Positions 1-9,206 are shown, counted from the first letter of the stretch. The stretch is 64,000 nt of DNA from Pseudomonadota bacterium (GCA_016125375.1 WGLU01000004.1:10528-74527); one strand, 5' to 3'. Notes: a model not told the origin generated them from the letters alone. Numbers and translations are program-made.

Positions 1-68
1 GTGGGAACTGTCCATAATCTTTGCGCAAATTGTACCATATTTATGCAAAAAACAAGGAAAAACAAAAA

Positions 69-90
69 CCCCCTGCCATGCGGCAGGGGG
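69..90 (-). terminator. intrinsic terminator downstream of the 107..694 gene
   Basis: 9-bp stem ccccctgcc/ggcaggggg with 4-nt loop; the A-run at 64-68 on + gives the T-run on the - strand. Confidence 0.6.
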
Positions 91-106
91 TGGACGCTCG
101 GGGGAA

Positions 107-694
107 TCAGTCCGGGTTGCGTACCGGCTCGTGGGGCGTGAAAACGACTTCTTCCACCTGCACAATCTCATGCAGATAAACGCGGTCGATACAGGCCTGA
201 ATGTCGGTCTCGTCATAGGCACCGCGCCAGGCGATTTCGTCCTCGGACTGCGGACGCAGGTCGAAGATGCGCAGCCAGCTGGCGCGTTTTTCCGCGTCCG
301 AGGGTTCGCGCTTGTCGGCGTGGACGGCATCGTCCTCGACTTCGGTCAGGGACAGATACCAGCCGTTGAGCACGGCATGAAAGGCATCCAGGCTCGACAG
401 CAGCACGCGGTCGTCCGGCACCTCGATGGTCAGTAGCACATAGCCACCCACATGGTCGCCGTAGCTGTTGACCTCGATGGGTCCGCGGGTGCGGGGGTCC
501 ACCGTCCAGGCCCAGACGGGAAAATCACCGCTGAAGCCGTTCATACGCGCAGCCATGTGGTCGCGCATAAAGGCGTAGCCGCGTTCGAAACCGGGCCAGT
601 CGTCAAAGTTCTGAAAAGTGTGACTGCCGCTCAGATAGCCGCGCACTTGGGCGGCATCCCAAGCGGCACGTGCTTGAATGGAATAGAGACGCAT
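107..694 (-). CDS. DUF3841-like protein (195 aa)
   Basis: In-frame ATG at 694 inside the artefactual 744-aa ORF, with GGAG upstream. MRLYSIQ...FPVWAW...VLLSSLDAFHAVLNGWY matches my memory of the DUF3841 family. C/G-ending codon bias and pyrimidine-rich leader. Confidence 0.65.
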   Translation of the reverse strand: MRLYSIQARAAWDAAQVRGYLSGSHTFQNFDDWPGFERGYAFMRDHMAARMNGFSGDFPVWAWTVDPRTRGPIEVNSYGDHVGGYVLLTIEVPDDRVLLSSLDAFHAVLNGWYLSLTEVEDDAVHADKREPSDAEKRASWLRIFDLRPQSEDEIAWRGAYDETDIQACIDRVYLHEIVQVEEVVFTPHEPVRNPD

Positions 695-847
695 AGGACG
701 CTCCGTCGGAGAAGAGGGAAAAGGGAGTCGGGATGATTTTTTGTATACTATTTTTGAGGCCGCCGCAAGGTTCTGGACAGGGACCAGACCCCGTGGCACA
801 GTTATAAACCTGACGTTAACGACCCGTAAAAATGGAGTGGCCGCGCG

Positions 848-2005
848 ATGGCACAAAGCAATTACCTCTTTACCAGCGAATCTGTTTCCGAAGGACACCC
901 GGACAAGGTTGCCGACCAGATTTCCGATAGCGTTCTTGATGCGTTTTTTGAGCGCGAGCCGGAAGCCCGTGTGGCTGTTGAAACGCTGGTCACCACCAAT
1001 CTGGTTGTGCTGGCTGGCGAATACCGCGCAGCCCACGTGCCGGATGTGGAAAAAATCGCCCGCGAGACCATCCGCCGTATCGGCTACGCCGGCGGCGATT
1101 TTGACCCCGATACCGTAGAAATTATCAACCGTCTGCATGGCCAGTCGCCCGAAATCGCCCAAGGTGTCGATGCTGGCGATAAGAAGGAGGAAGGTGCCGG
1201 CGACCAGGGCATCATGTTCGGTTATGCCACCAACGAAACACCGGACTTTATGCCTGCACCCATCCATTATGCCCACCGGATGCTGGAAGCTTTGGCCAAA
1301 CGCCGTCACGACGGTGACCCGCGCCTTAAACCCGATGCCAAAAGCCAGCTCACGCTGGAATACCGCGACGGTAAGCCTTTCCGTGTGAACACGCTGCTGA
1401 TTTCCCACCAGCATGCAGCCGACTGCAGCCGCGACGAGCTGACAGCCATCGTCCGTAATACAGCAGAGGAAGTGCTGCCCAAAGGGTGGTTTGATGCGGA
1501 TACCCGTGTACTGGTGAACCCTACAGGGTCCTTTGTCCACGGTGGCCCGGGTGCCGATACAGGTCTGACCGGCCGTAAGATTATCGTCGACACCTACGGC
1601 GGTATGTCCCGTCACGGTGGCGGTGCCTTCTCCGGTAAGGACCCGACAAAAGTTGACCGCAGCGCCGCTTATGCAGCCCGCTATCTGGCTAAAAACATCG
1701 TTGCTGCCGATCTGGCGGACTGTTGCGAAATCCAGCTCTGCTACGCTATCGGTGTGGCCGAGCCGCTGGCTATTTATCTGGATACCTTCGGGACCATCAA
1801 AGGCAACCTGACCGAAGACCGTATTGCCGCCGCAATCGGCAAGTCCATGTCGCTGACGCCGAAAGGGATTCGCAGCCATCTGGGCCTGAACAAGCCGATT
1901 TATGCCAAAACCGCCAGCTATGGCCACTTTGGCCGCCAGCCTGAAGGTGACTACTTCAGCTGGGAGCGGACTGATCTGGCGGACGAGATTGTGAAGAATC
2001 TCTAG
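848..2005 (+). CDS. metK: S-adenosylmethionine synthetase
   Basis: N-terminus LFTSESVSEGHPDKVADQISD, GAGDQGIMFGYA and GGGAFSGKDPTKVDRSAAY are hallmark MetK motifs; 385 aa. Confidence 0.97.
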   Translation: MAQSNYLFTSESVSEGHPDKVADQISDSVLDAFFEREPEARVAVETLVTTNLVVLAGEYRAAHVPDVEKIARETIRRIGYAGGDFDPDTVEIINRLHGQSPEIAQGVDAGDKKEEGAGDQGIMFGYATNETPDFMPAPIHYAHRMLEALAKRRHDGDPRLKPDAKSQLTLEYRDGKPFRVNTLLISHQHAADCSRDELTAIVRNTAEEVLPKGWFDADTRVLVNPTGSFVHGGPGADTGLTGRKIIVDTYGGMSRHGGGAFSGKDPTKVDRSAAYAARYLAKNIVAADLADCCEIQLCYAIGVAEPLAIYLDTFGTIKGNLTEDRIAAAIGKSMSLTPKGIRSHLGLNKPIYAKTASYGHFGRQPEGDYFSWERTDLADEIVKNL

Positions 2006-2019
2006 TTCCGGACAAACAA

Positions 2020-2045
2020 CCCCCGCTTCGGCGGGGGTTTTTCTT
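2020..2045 (+). terminator. intrinsic terminator after metK
   Basis: stem cccccgc/gcggggg, loop ttcg, followed by tttttcttt. Confidence 0.8.
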
Positions 2046-2083
2046 TGCTTGCGCTGGATTGCCCGTTGCGGTAAGGGAGGGAC

Positions 2084-2839
2084 ATGACAGAAAAATTGCA
2101 CAAAAAACCGCTGACTGCCGACGGCCATAATCGCTCCTTCGGGCGGGTGGCCAGTCGTATGAGTCCTGCAGAACAGACCGCGCTGGATGCACGGCTCGCC
2201 CCCTATGCCGTCGATGTGGGCGGAGGCCGTAAAATTGACCTTAAAGCCCTGTTCCCTGTTCAAGATGGGCCGCTGCTGGTCGAATTGGGGATGGGCAAGG
2301 GCGAGCAGATTTGTGTGCGTGCGCAGGCTAATGCCGGGCACCGCTTCATCGGCTGCGAGGTGTACCGCAACGGGCTGGAAAAAGTCCTGCGCGTGATTGA
2401 GGCGGCAGGGCTGTCAAACCTGCGGCTGTGCCCGCACGATGGCCGCGCCTTGCTGGATAGCCTGCCGGATGCCTCGGTCGATAACCTGCTGGTTTTGTAT
2501 CCCGACCCCTGGCCCAAGAAAAAACACCATAAACGGCGGATTGTACAAGCTGACCTGCTGGATGCCGCTGCCCGTGTCCTCAAGCCTGATGGTACGCTGC
2601 TTCTGGTGACCGATATCGTGGATTATGCCCTGTGGATGATCAGTACGGTGTATGGCCACGGTGTGTTCTTCCCCACGGCGATCAGTCCGGCTGAATGGGC
2701 CGTGCAGCCCGAAGGCTGGCACCCGACAGGATACGAGAAAAAAGCCCTGCGGGAAGGGCGTAAGCCTTTCTATCTGCACTTCAAACGCCGCGCAGTGCAG
2801 GAAAATCAGGCCCACAACCTTAAAACACCTGCCTGTTAA
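2084..2839 (+). CDS. trmB: tRNA (guanine46-N7)-methyltransferase
   Basis: LVELGMGKGE SAM-binding region and YPDPWPKKKHHKRR motif typical of TrmB. Confidence 0.92.
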   Translation: MTEKLHKKPLTADGHNRSFGRVASRMSPAEQTALDARLAPYAVDVGGGRKIDLKALFPVQDGPLLVELGMGKGEQICVRAQANAGHRFIGCEVYRNGLEKVLRVIEAAGLSNLRLCPHDGRALLDSLPDASVDNLLVLYPDPWPKKKHHKRRIVQADLLDAAARVLKPDGTLLLVTDIVDYALWMISTVYGHGVFFPTAISPAEWAVQPEGWHPTGYEKKALREGRKPFYLHFKRRAVQENQAHNLKTPAC

Positions 2840-2902
2840 ACCGTTTCTGGTTTAAGCTATAAATCTACATAAGAACACCGTAACCACGCAGGTAATCCGG
2901 CA

Positions 2903-4321
2903 ATGGCAATGAAACGACGTACCCTTCTTACTGGTGCTGCGGCAGTGGCGGCGGCAGCTGCCCTGAATGCGCCCAAGGCATGGACGCAGGACGTGCCGTT
3001 GCTTGGGGGTGGCAAAGGTGTGCCGCTGCCGTTCAAGCTTTATACCGTTGGCGAGATGGGTGACCTGCTGCGTCCGGCCGACTATGACAGTATGGGGATG
3101 GCTCACCCGGACCTGGGCAAGCTCTCCGTTGTGATTGAGCTGGATATGATGACCCGCAAGGCGCGGTATATGCCCTACCTCATGCCCATCGGGCACTGGC
3201 CGCTGGTGCTGCCGGACGGGCGTATTTTCCTGACATCGCGTTTTTCCAATCAGGGCACTTTCCTCAGTCCCGATGGCGAGGTGCTCAAAACCTTTAAGCT
3301 GGAAGAGTACGCCGCCTTGAACTTTGGCGGCCACAGCATTTACGACGCGCCCCGTAACCGCATTATTTCCACCGTGACCAATGCCGACAATTCGGGCGAA
3401 ATGACGGGCTTTGTGGCGATTGTGGACCCTAAAGAGATGAAAGTGGTGGGCATGGCCCCCGTTCCGGGCACCAATAACAGCCACGAACTGCGGGTTTTGC
3501 CCGGCGGCAAGGAGCTGGTTGTAACCGGTTATGCCAAAAACGGTAACTACGAAGGCCTGACCGACATGGTCAAGGTGGGCTGGAACTTTGCCGATGTCGA
3601 ACGTGCCCAGCTCAGTGTGCTGGATATGGAAACGTTGGAACTCAAACGGCAGTTCACGTCCCCGAACCCCTACACAATGGGGCACATGGATGTGGATAGC
3701 GAGGGGAACGTTTATCTGGAACAGTTCCGTAATCTGGTCTACAAAACGCCGCGCATCACCTCGAACGACGGTGATGACGATGACGATGCAAAAGATACAA
3801 AAGAAACCAAAGACGACAAGCAGTCTGACAAAAAGCGGATGACGACCGAAAAAATGATGGAGCTTGCGGCCCAGTACGAACATGAGATTGGCGGCCCGCG
3901 TACCTGGCCCCTGCACCAGACGGAAACAGCCCAGAAGGGCCTGAGCACGCCAACTGCAATTATGAAAATCAACGCCTATACGGGCGACATTCAGGAACTG
4001 TGGGAAAAGCGGGAGAACCACCGTTACGTCCAGTCGGTCGTCTACCATCCGGATTTGAAGGCTGTTTATATTGCCTCCCGTCACTCGGACGCACTGGTGG
4101 TGTTCCCGACAGACGGCAGCAAACCCTACAGCCGGTCGACGGCTGACTACGGCATTTATACCGCCTGCGGCGTATGCGCGTTCCCGGGTACGCCGTACAT
4201 CGGTCTGCTGAGTAACTACAGCGGTATTGCCATCATCGATGCATCGACCATGAACGCGGTGGATTACTATCCGCTCACCACGTTCCGCTCCATCCACCTC
4301 AATCCGGTACGGATGGCCTAA
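2903..4321 (+). CDS. Tat-signal exported protein, probable beta-propeller (DUF1513-like?), with an internal acidic/Lys-rich insert
   Basis: MAMKRRTLLTGAAAVAAAAALNAPKAWTQ twin-arginine signal; 472 aa. The family call is tentative. Confidence 0.75.
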   Translation: MAMKRRTLLTGAAAVAAAAALNAPKAWTQDVPLLGGGKGVPLPFKLYTVGEMGDLLRPADYDSMGMAHPDLGKLSVVIELDMMTRKARYMPYLMPIGHWPLVLPDGRIFLTSRFSNQGTFLSPDGEVLKTFKLEEYAALNFGGHSIYDAPRNRIISTVTNADNSGEMTGFVAIVDPKEMKVVGMAPVPGTNNSHELRVLPGGKELVVTGYAKNGNYEGLTDMVKVGWNFADVERAQLSVLDMETLELKRQFTSPNPYTMGHMDVDSEGNVYLEQFRNLVYKTPRITSNDGDDDDDAKDTKETKDDKQSDKKRMTTEKMMELAAQYEHEIGGPRTWPLHQTETAQKGLSTPTAIMKINAYTGDIQELWEKRENHRYVQSVVYHPDLKAVYIASRHSDALVVFPTDGSKPYSRSTADYGIYTACGVCAFPGTPYIGLLSNYSGIAIIDASTMNAVDYYPLTTFRSIHLNPVRMA

Positions 4322-4331
4322 CAGACGCCAC

Positions 4332-4362
4332 AAAAAAAGGAGCCCCGCAAATGCGGGGCTCC
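4332..4362. terminator. bidirectional hairpin between convergent genes
   Basis: stem ggagccccgc/gcggggctcc, loop aaat, A-run upstream (T-run for the - strand gene). Confidence 0.7.
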
Positions 4363-4374
4363 AATCGTTTCGGC

Positions 4375-6075
4375 TTAGCGGCGCGAAGCCAGCTCGGCCT
4401 TCAGGTGCGGGACAGCGGCGGTGACGGCCGACAGGACTTCCTGCTTCTGCAGTTCGTCCAGACCGTTCCACCAGTCCTTGTTGACGACGACGGTGGCGCC
4501 CATCTCGATGGTGTTCGGGTCGCCCCAGACGTGCTTCAGGTCGGCGTACTGCTCGTCGTCGGTCTCGGAGGCGGTGTAGACCCGCTTCTCGGTACCGTTG
4601 ATGACGATCTTCGCGTTGTCGAAGTCGCCGTCATCGAACGAGGACAGTTCCAGCTTGAAGCCGAGCGTCTTGGCCATCTTGGCCAGGTCGTTGACCGACT
4701 TGGCACCCGGTGCCACGACCGACAGCATGCACGACACTTCGCTGCGGCTCATGGCCAGCAGCGCGTCCTGCCCGCCCATCGGGACGGTGAGGATGCTCGC
4801 GTAGCTGTCGTCGAGCTTCACCATCTGGTTCCAGGTGTAGTTGGTACCGGAACCGGGCTTGTCGATGGCCAGCACGCCGCCGGAGCGACGCAGAGCCTGG
4901 ATCGAGCCGATGCCATCCTTGCAGAGCAGGTGGGCGTTCTCGGTCAGGACCTGAACCAGCGGCATCGCGTTGACGCCGATGGTGCTGCGCTCGCCGTAGA
5001 GCACGTCGTTCTGCGAGACGCCGATCTGGCACTCGCCGGAGTCGACGCCCGTCAGGATGCTCACCGAACCGGCCTTCGAGCCGAGCTCGAGCACCATGTC
5101 CGGCAACTGGTCCTTCAGGTGACGGCCGTAGGCGTAGTAGGCGCCGCCGGTCGAACCACCGCAGAACTTGCCGTAGACCCGGCCGCTGTTGACGGCCTGC
5201 TCGTACAGCGACGGCGCGCCGTTGGTGGCACCCGCGTTCGCGTCCTCGCCGGTCGAGATTTCCTCGCCCTCGGAGAGCTGCTGCAGGTAAGCCTCGTCGC
5301 CGGCCTGGACCTTGGAGACGTCATAGCCCTTCTGCTGCAGGTACTGGACGGCCTGCGCTTCGGAGATGTTGTTCTGCTGGGCGTAGACCACCCGCTCACG
5401 CGGAGACAGGAGCCAGTACCAGAAGAACGGGTTGTGGTAGATGTAGCCGTAGCCCGGGCTGTAGAAGCCCATGTACGGATAGCCGCCGATCATGTAGCGG
5501 TTCACCGACACGGTACCGTAGCCGCGGCTGACCGTACGGGTCGAGGTGCCGACCGCACGCGGGCGGTTGGTCCCGATGACCGTCTTGGCGCGGCTCTGGG
5601 CCGCACCCACGCGGGCCGTGGTCGGCTTCTGCGCGGTCGGACGGGTCGCGTTGGCACCGGCCGTCTTGCCCGGCTGCGCCTTGAAGGCACCCCCGGTGTT
5701 CGGCTTGTTGGCGCCGCCGTTCAGCGTCGTGTTCGGCTTGGTCGCACCGCCGAAGTTCGGCTTGTTGGCACCGGTGTTCGGCGTGGCCGGCTTGGCCGGA
5801 GTGGTCGGCTTGGGGGCCACGTACGGCTTGCTCGGCGCCGACGGCTTGCTCGGGCTCGACTTGAAGCCGCCGCCGAAGCTCTTGGAACTGCCACCGAAGC
5901 TCTTGGAACCGCCGCTGCCAAACTTGCCGACGAGCTCGATGTGCGCGTCGCCAGTCTGGATGGCCGTGGTGCTGAGCAGGTCGTGGGCGGTCAGGGTGAC
6001 GGCCGCCTCGGCCTGAGTGGAAAGGCACAGCGCCAGCGCGGCCGCTGCCCCAAGGAGAGAGATCTTCACGTTCAT
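4375..6075 (-). CDS. secreted protein: signal peptide, ~190-aa Gly/Ser/Pro/Lys/Asn low-complexity region, Tyr/Gly-rich patch, and a TAXI-like periplasmic binding domain
   Basis: MNVKISLLGAAAALALCLSTQAEA signal. C-terminal GGSTGGAYYAYG...AGSVSILTGVDSGECQIGVSQNDVLYG...KPGSGTNYT resembles TAXI-family TRAP solute receptors. Strongly C/G-ending codons. Confidence 0.8.
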   Translation of the reverse strand: MNVKISLLGAAAALALCLSTQAEAAVTLTAHDLLSTTAIQTGDAHIELVGKFGSGGSKSFGGSSKSFGGGFKSSPSKPSAPSKPYVAPKPTTPAKPATPNTGANKPNFGGATKPNTTLNGGANKPNTGGAFKAQPGKTAGANATRPTAQKPTTARVGAAQSRAKTVIGTNRPRAVGTSTRTVSRGYGTVSVNRYMIGGYPYMGFYSPGYGYIYHNPFFWYWLLSPRERVVYAQQNNISEAQAVQYLQQKGYDVSKVQAGDEAYLQQLSEGEEISTGEDANAGATNGAPSLYEQAVNSGRVYGKFCGGSTGGAYYAYGRHLKDQLPDMVLELGSKAGSVSILTGVDSGECQIGVSQNDVLYGERSTIGVNAMPLVQVLTENAHLLCKDGIGSIQALRRSGGVLAIDKPGSGTNYTWNQMVKLDDSYASILTVPMGGQDALLAMSRSEVSCMLSVVAPGAKSVNDLAKMAKTLGFKLELSSFDDGDFDNAKIVINGTEKRVYTASETDDEQYADLKHVWGDPNTIEMGATVVVNKDWWNGLDELQKQEVLSAVTAAVPHLKAELASRR

Positions 6076-6216
6076 CAGGGATGCTCCCGTTGATGGGGGA
6101 AGGAAAAGCGAAGGAAGGTGATGACGCGCAGCGCGGACGCTACCCGTGGGTTCTAGGGGAAGAAAGCAAGGAAACCTTGCATGAAAAACGCATCGGAAGA
6201 TAGATAATCTGGCGTT

Positions 6217-6244
6217 AAAGTAGGTACTTTGAACGGGATGTCAA
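6217..6244 (-). promoter_or_regulatory. putative sigma70-type promoter of the 4375..6075 gene
   Basis: On the - strand: TTGACA-N16-TACTTT, about 140 nt upstream of the ATG. Confidence 0.35.
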
Positions 6245-6408
6245 CCGCTGATTGTCATAAATCAAAAATTAGCGCGGAATCTGCCGCCTGCGCGCGTAGT
6301 TTTGGCGGTGCAATAAAGGGGGTTGCGTTCCGTGTTTTTTGCGCCTATAGTGCGCTTGCCGAATGGCCGAAGAGATACATTGATTAAAAACAGGCTTGTT
6401 GATTGTAC

Positions 6409-6433
6409 AAGCGGGCGGACGGCCCGCTTTTTA
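6409..6433 (+). terminator. leader terminator/attenuator immediately upstream of rimP
   Basis: stem aagcgggc/gcccgctt, 5-nt loop, then ttttta; ends 24 nt before the rimP ATG. Confidence 0.55.
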
Positions 6434-6456
6434 TATGGGATGGACTGATAGGTTAC

Positions 6457-6972
6457 ATGCAGCCGCTTGAGCACAAAATCTGGCAGATGATTGCCCCCGG
6501 GGTAGACGATTTGGGTCTGCGCCTTGTTCGTGTGCGCCTGTCCGGTGGTGAAAACACGTCGTCCACCTTGCAGGTGATGATCGAACCAGCCACCGCCAGC
6601 CGGACCAACCGGGTATCGGTCACAGTGGATGATTGCGAAAAGGTTTCGCGCATGGTGTCGGCACTCATGGATGTGGAAGATCCGCTGCCGGATGCCTATA
6701 CGCTAGAAGTCAGCAGTACGGGCCTCGAGCGTCCGTTGGTGCTGGCCGAGGATTTTGCCCAGTGGGCGCCGCATCGCGTCAAGCTGGAGCTGTCTGTCGC
6801 CCATGACGGGCGCAAACGTTTTGTCGGCCTGATGGAAGGGCTGGAGGATGGTGACATCCTTTTCCGTCAGGACGGGCAGGAGGAGGTACAACTCCGTCTG
6901 CCGTACGAAGCCCTTAAGACCGCCCGTATCGTGTATACGGACGATGAGTTTAAGAAATTGTTCAACAACTAA
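6457..6972 (+). CDS. rimP: ribosome maturation factor RimP
   Basis: MQPLEHKIWQMIAPGVDDLGLRLVRVRL start and position upstream of nusA. I prefer the ATG downstream of the leader hairpin over the track start at 6403. Confidence 0.88.
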   Translation: MQPLEHKIWQMIAPGVDDLGLRLVRVRLSGGENTSSTLQVMIEPATASRTNRVSVTVDDCEKVSRMVSALMDVEDPLPDAYTLEVSSTGLERPLVLAEDFAQWAPHRVKLELSVAHDGRKRFVGLMEGLEDGDILFRQDGQEEVQLRLPYEALKTARIVYTDDEFKKLFNN

Positions 6973-6989
6973 CCATTAGGATAGCGCAA

Positions 6990-8618
6990 ATGGCATTGGA
7001 AATGTTGCAAGTTGCTGACGCGGTTGCCCGCGAGAAAAGCATTGATAAGGAACTCGTCCTCGAGGCGATGGAACAAGCCATCCAAATGGGCGCCCGCCGC
7101 AAATACGGTATGGGCCTGAACATCAACGCCCACATCGACCGCGTTGACGGTGGCATCACCATCAAACAGCTCTGGGAAGTGGTTGACCGCGTGATGGAAC
7201 CCATCTCGGAAGAGGAAGTACGCCTGGCCCACCGCGAAGGCCGTGAACCTGCCATGCGCCCTGCGTTCGACGGCAAGGGCAATGCCCTCAAGCGTAACGA
7301 CACCCAGATTCTGCTGGCCGAAGCCAAGAAAATTAACCCCGAGCTGGAACTGGGCGAGTTCATTACCGAAGACGTCCCGCCGTTCGACTTTGGCCGTATT
7401 GCCGCACAGGCCGCCAAACAGGTCATCTTCCAGAAGGTGCGTGACGCCGAGCGCGTGAAAGAGTTTGAAGAGTACAAAAACCGCAAGGGCGAGCTGATCA
7501 GCGGCATCGTCAAGCGTGTCGATCACAACGGTGTGCTGGTTGATCTGGGCCGTGCCGAGGCAACCCTGCCCCGTAACGAGATTATCCCGCGCGAAACCTA
7601 CCGTCAGGGCGACCGCGTCCGTGCATACATCTTTGATGTACGCCGCGAAGTGCGCGGGCCGCAGATTTTCCTGAGCCGCACACACCCGCAGTTCATGGTG
7701 CGCCTGTTCGAACAGGAAGTGCCAGAAATCGCCTCCGGCATGATCGAAGTTATGGGCGCTGCCCGTGACCCGGGTTTTCGTGCAAAAATCGCCGTTAAGT
7801 CGGCTGACCGCAACGTTGACCCGGTCGGCGCCTGCGTCGGTATCCGCGGCGTGCGCGTACAGGCTGTGGTGACCGAACTGCAAGGTGAGCGTATCGACAT
7901 CGTTCAGTGGGATGCCGATCCTGCCCGCTACCTCATCAGCGCGCTGGCACCTGCCGAAGTAACCAAGGTGATTCTGGACGAAACCGAAAACCGCATGGAA
8001 GTGGTAGTACCCGAGGATAAACTCTCGCTGGCCATCGGCCGTCGCGGTCAGAACGTGCGTCTGGCTTCCATCCTGACCGGTTGGGATATCGACGTGATGA
8101 CCGAAGAGGAAGAGTCCGAGCGTCGTAAAGGCGAGTTCAACACCATGTCGCAAACCTTCATGGCTGCGCTGGACGTGGATGATACACTGGCCCGCCTGCT
8201 GATTGTCGAAGGCTTCAACAGCCCCGAGGACCTGCTCCGCGTCGGTACCGGCGAGCTGGGCAGCATCGAGGGTCTGGACGAGGCGATCGGTGCCGAGCTG
8301 CAACGCCGTGCACAGGTTTACGTCGACAGCCTGTCCAAAGAGGTGGAGAACCTCGGCGTAGAGGAAGAGCTGCGTAACCTGGACGGTATGCGTACCGACC
8401 TGCTGCTGATTCTGGCCAAGAACGACATCAAGTCCCGTGACGACTTGGGCGAGCTGGCCACCGATGAACTGCAGGACATGCTGCCCAAGGGCACGCTGAC
8501 CAAAGCACAGGCAGAAAAACTGATCATGGCAGCCCGCCAGCACTGGTTTGCTGACGAGGACGAGGTGGCAAACGCACACCCAAAGCCTGACCTTGTAGCC
8601 GGGACCATGCATGCCTGA
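6990..8618 (+). CDS. nusA: transcription termination/antitermination factor NusA
   Basis: S1 and KH regions (RVRAYIFDVRREVRGPQIFLSRTHP, KIAVKSADRNVDPVGACVGIRGVRVQAV); 542 aa. Confidence 0.97.
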   Translation: MALEMLQVADAVAREKSIDKELVLEAMEQAIQMGARRKYGMGLNINAHIDRVDGGITIKQLWEVVDRVMEPISEEEVRLAHREGREPAMRPAFDGKGNALKRNDTQILLAEAKKINPELELGEFITEDVPPFDFGRIAAQAAKQVIFQKVRDAERVKEFEEYKNRKGELISGIVKRVDHNGVLVDLGRAEATLPRNEIIPRETYRQGDRVRAYIFDVRREVRGPQIFLSRTHPQFMVRLFEQEVPEIASGMIEVMGAARDPGFRAKIAVKSADRNVDPVGACVGIRGVRVQAVVTELQGERIDIVQWDADPARYLISALAPAEVTKVILDETENRMEVVVPEDKLSLAIGRRGQNVRLASILTGWDIDVMTEEEESERRKGEFNTMSQTFMAALDVDDTLARLLIVEGFNSPEDLLRVGTGELGSIEGLDEAIGAELQRRAQVYVDSLSKEVENLGVEEELRNLDGMRTDLLLILAKNDIKSRDDLGELATDELQDMLPKGTLTKAQAEKLIMAARQHWFADEDEVANAHPKPDLVAGTMHA

Positions 8619-9198
8619 GCGGCATACGGCTGCAAGTAAAACCTTTACCTGCCTCGGGGGTGGGGGAACCCACCCCGAGGCGGAACTGCTCAGGTTTGTT
8701 GCAGGGCCGGACGGGAACATCCACCCGGACCTGACAGGCAAACTTAAAACGCCACAACAGGCGTATGTTCTGCCAAAGCGGCACTATGTGCTGGCAGCGG
8801 CACCCGCACTGGCGACCTTGTTCGGATGCCCGTGCGACGGGGGCGACCTGCTGGCGCGCACCGTGGCGCAAGTCCGCAAGCGTTGGCTTGGCAGCCTTGG
8901 GCTGGCCCGCAAAAGCGGCGCTTTGTCCCTCGGTACCGATAAGGTGTGCGACGGCCTGCAGGCAGACGATATTGTGCTGGTTTTGCTGGCACGGGATACG
9001 GCCGCTCATACCCGCGAACGGGTTGAGCGGGTGGCAAAGGCAGCGGGTGTGCCCGTTTATGCCCTCGCCGGGCGGGACGATATGTCCGCGGCGCTGGGGC
9101 AACAGAATTGCGCGGTTGTGGGTGTGCATGACGCCCCGCAGGCCGCAACGGTTCGAATTGGCGCCAAGCGCCTGCACGAACTGGAAAACGATAGATGA
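8611..9198 (+). CDS. YlxR/DUF448-like RNA-binding protein with L7Ae-like C-terminal part
   Basis: Start overlaps the nusA stop; sits in the conserved nusA-infB slot; ELLRFVAGPDG motif. Confidence 0.78.
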   Translation: MPERHTAASKTFTCLGGGGTHPEAELLRFVAGPDGNIHPDLTGKLKTPQQAYVLPKRHYVLAAAPALATLFGCPCDGGDLLARTVAQVRKRWLGSLGLARKSGALSLGTDKVCDGLQADDIVLVLLARDTAAHTRERVERVAKAAGVPVYALAGRDDMSAALGQQNCAVVGVHDAPQAATVRIGAKRLHELENDR

Positions 9199-9206
9199 CC
9201 TAACCG

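Noticed and set aside
695-847. Possible SAM riboswitch in the 150-nt metK leader
   Set aside because: The leader has a hairpin (ggttctgg...ccagacc) and a cgttaacg palindrome. I could not find the U-rich/AAAGCU features of SAM-II or the CAACGGCUUCC-type core I recall for SAM/SAH riboswitches. It needs a covariance-model scan before any claim.
107-2341. 744-aa ORF on the - strand spanning the metK region
   Set aside because: Only its C-terminal 195 codons (107-694) look like a real protein (DUF3841-like, with SD and terminator). The rest is the antisense frame of metK/trmB, with Arg/Gly/His/Val-rich junk composition.
4351-6093. 580-aa + strand ORF and 210-aa - strand ORF overlapping the 4375-6075 gene
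   Set aside because: These are by-products of the extreme GC3 skew of the real - strand gene, which has a signal peptide, a recognisable binding domain and an SD. The alternatives are Arg/Gly/Ala/Val low-complexity strings.
6238-6393. 51-codon + strand ORF (MSTADCHKSKISAES...) in the spacer upstream of rimP
   Set aside because: It has no convincing SD, no compositional support, and no motif. The spacer is better explained as leader or regulatory RNA.
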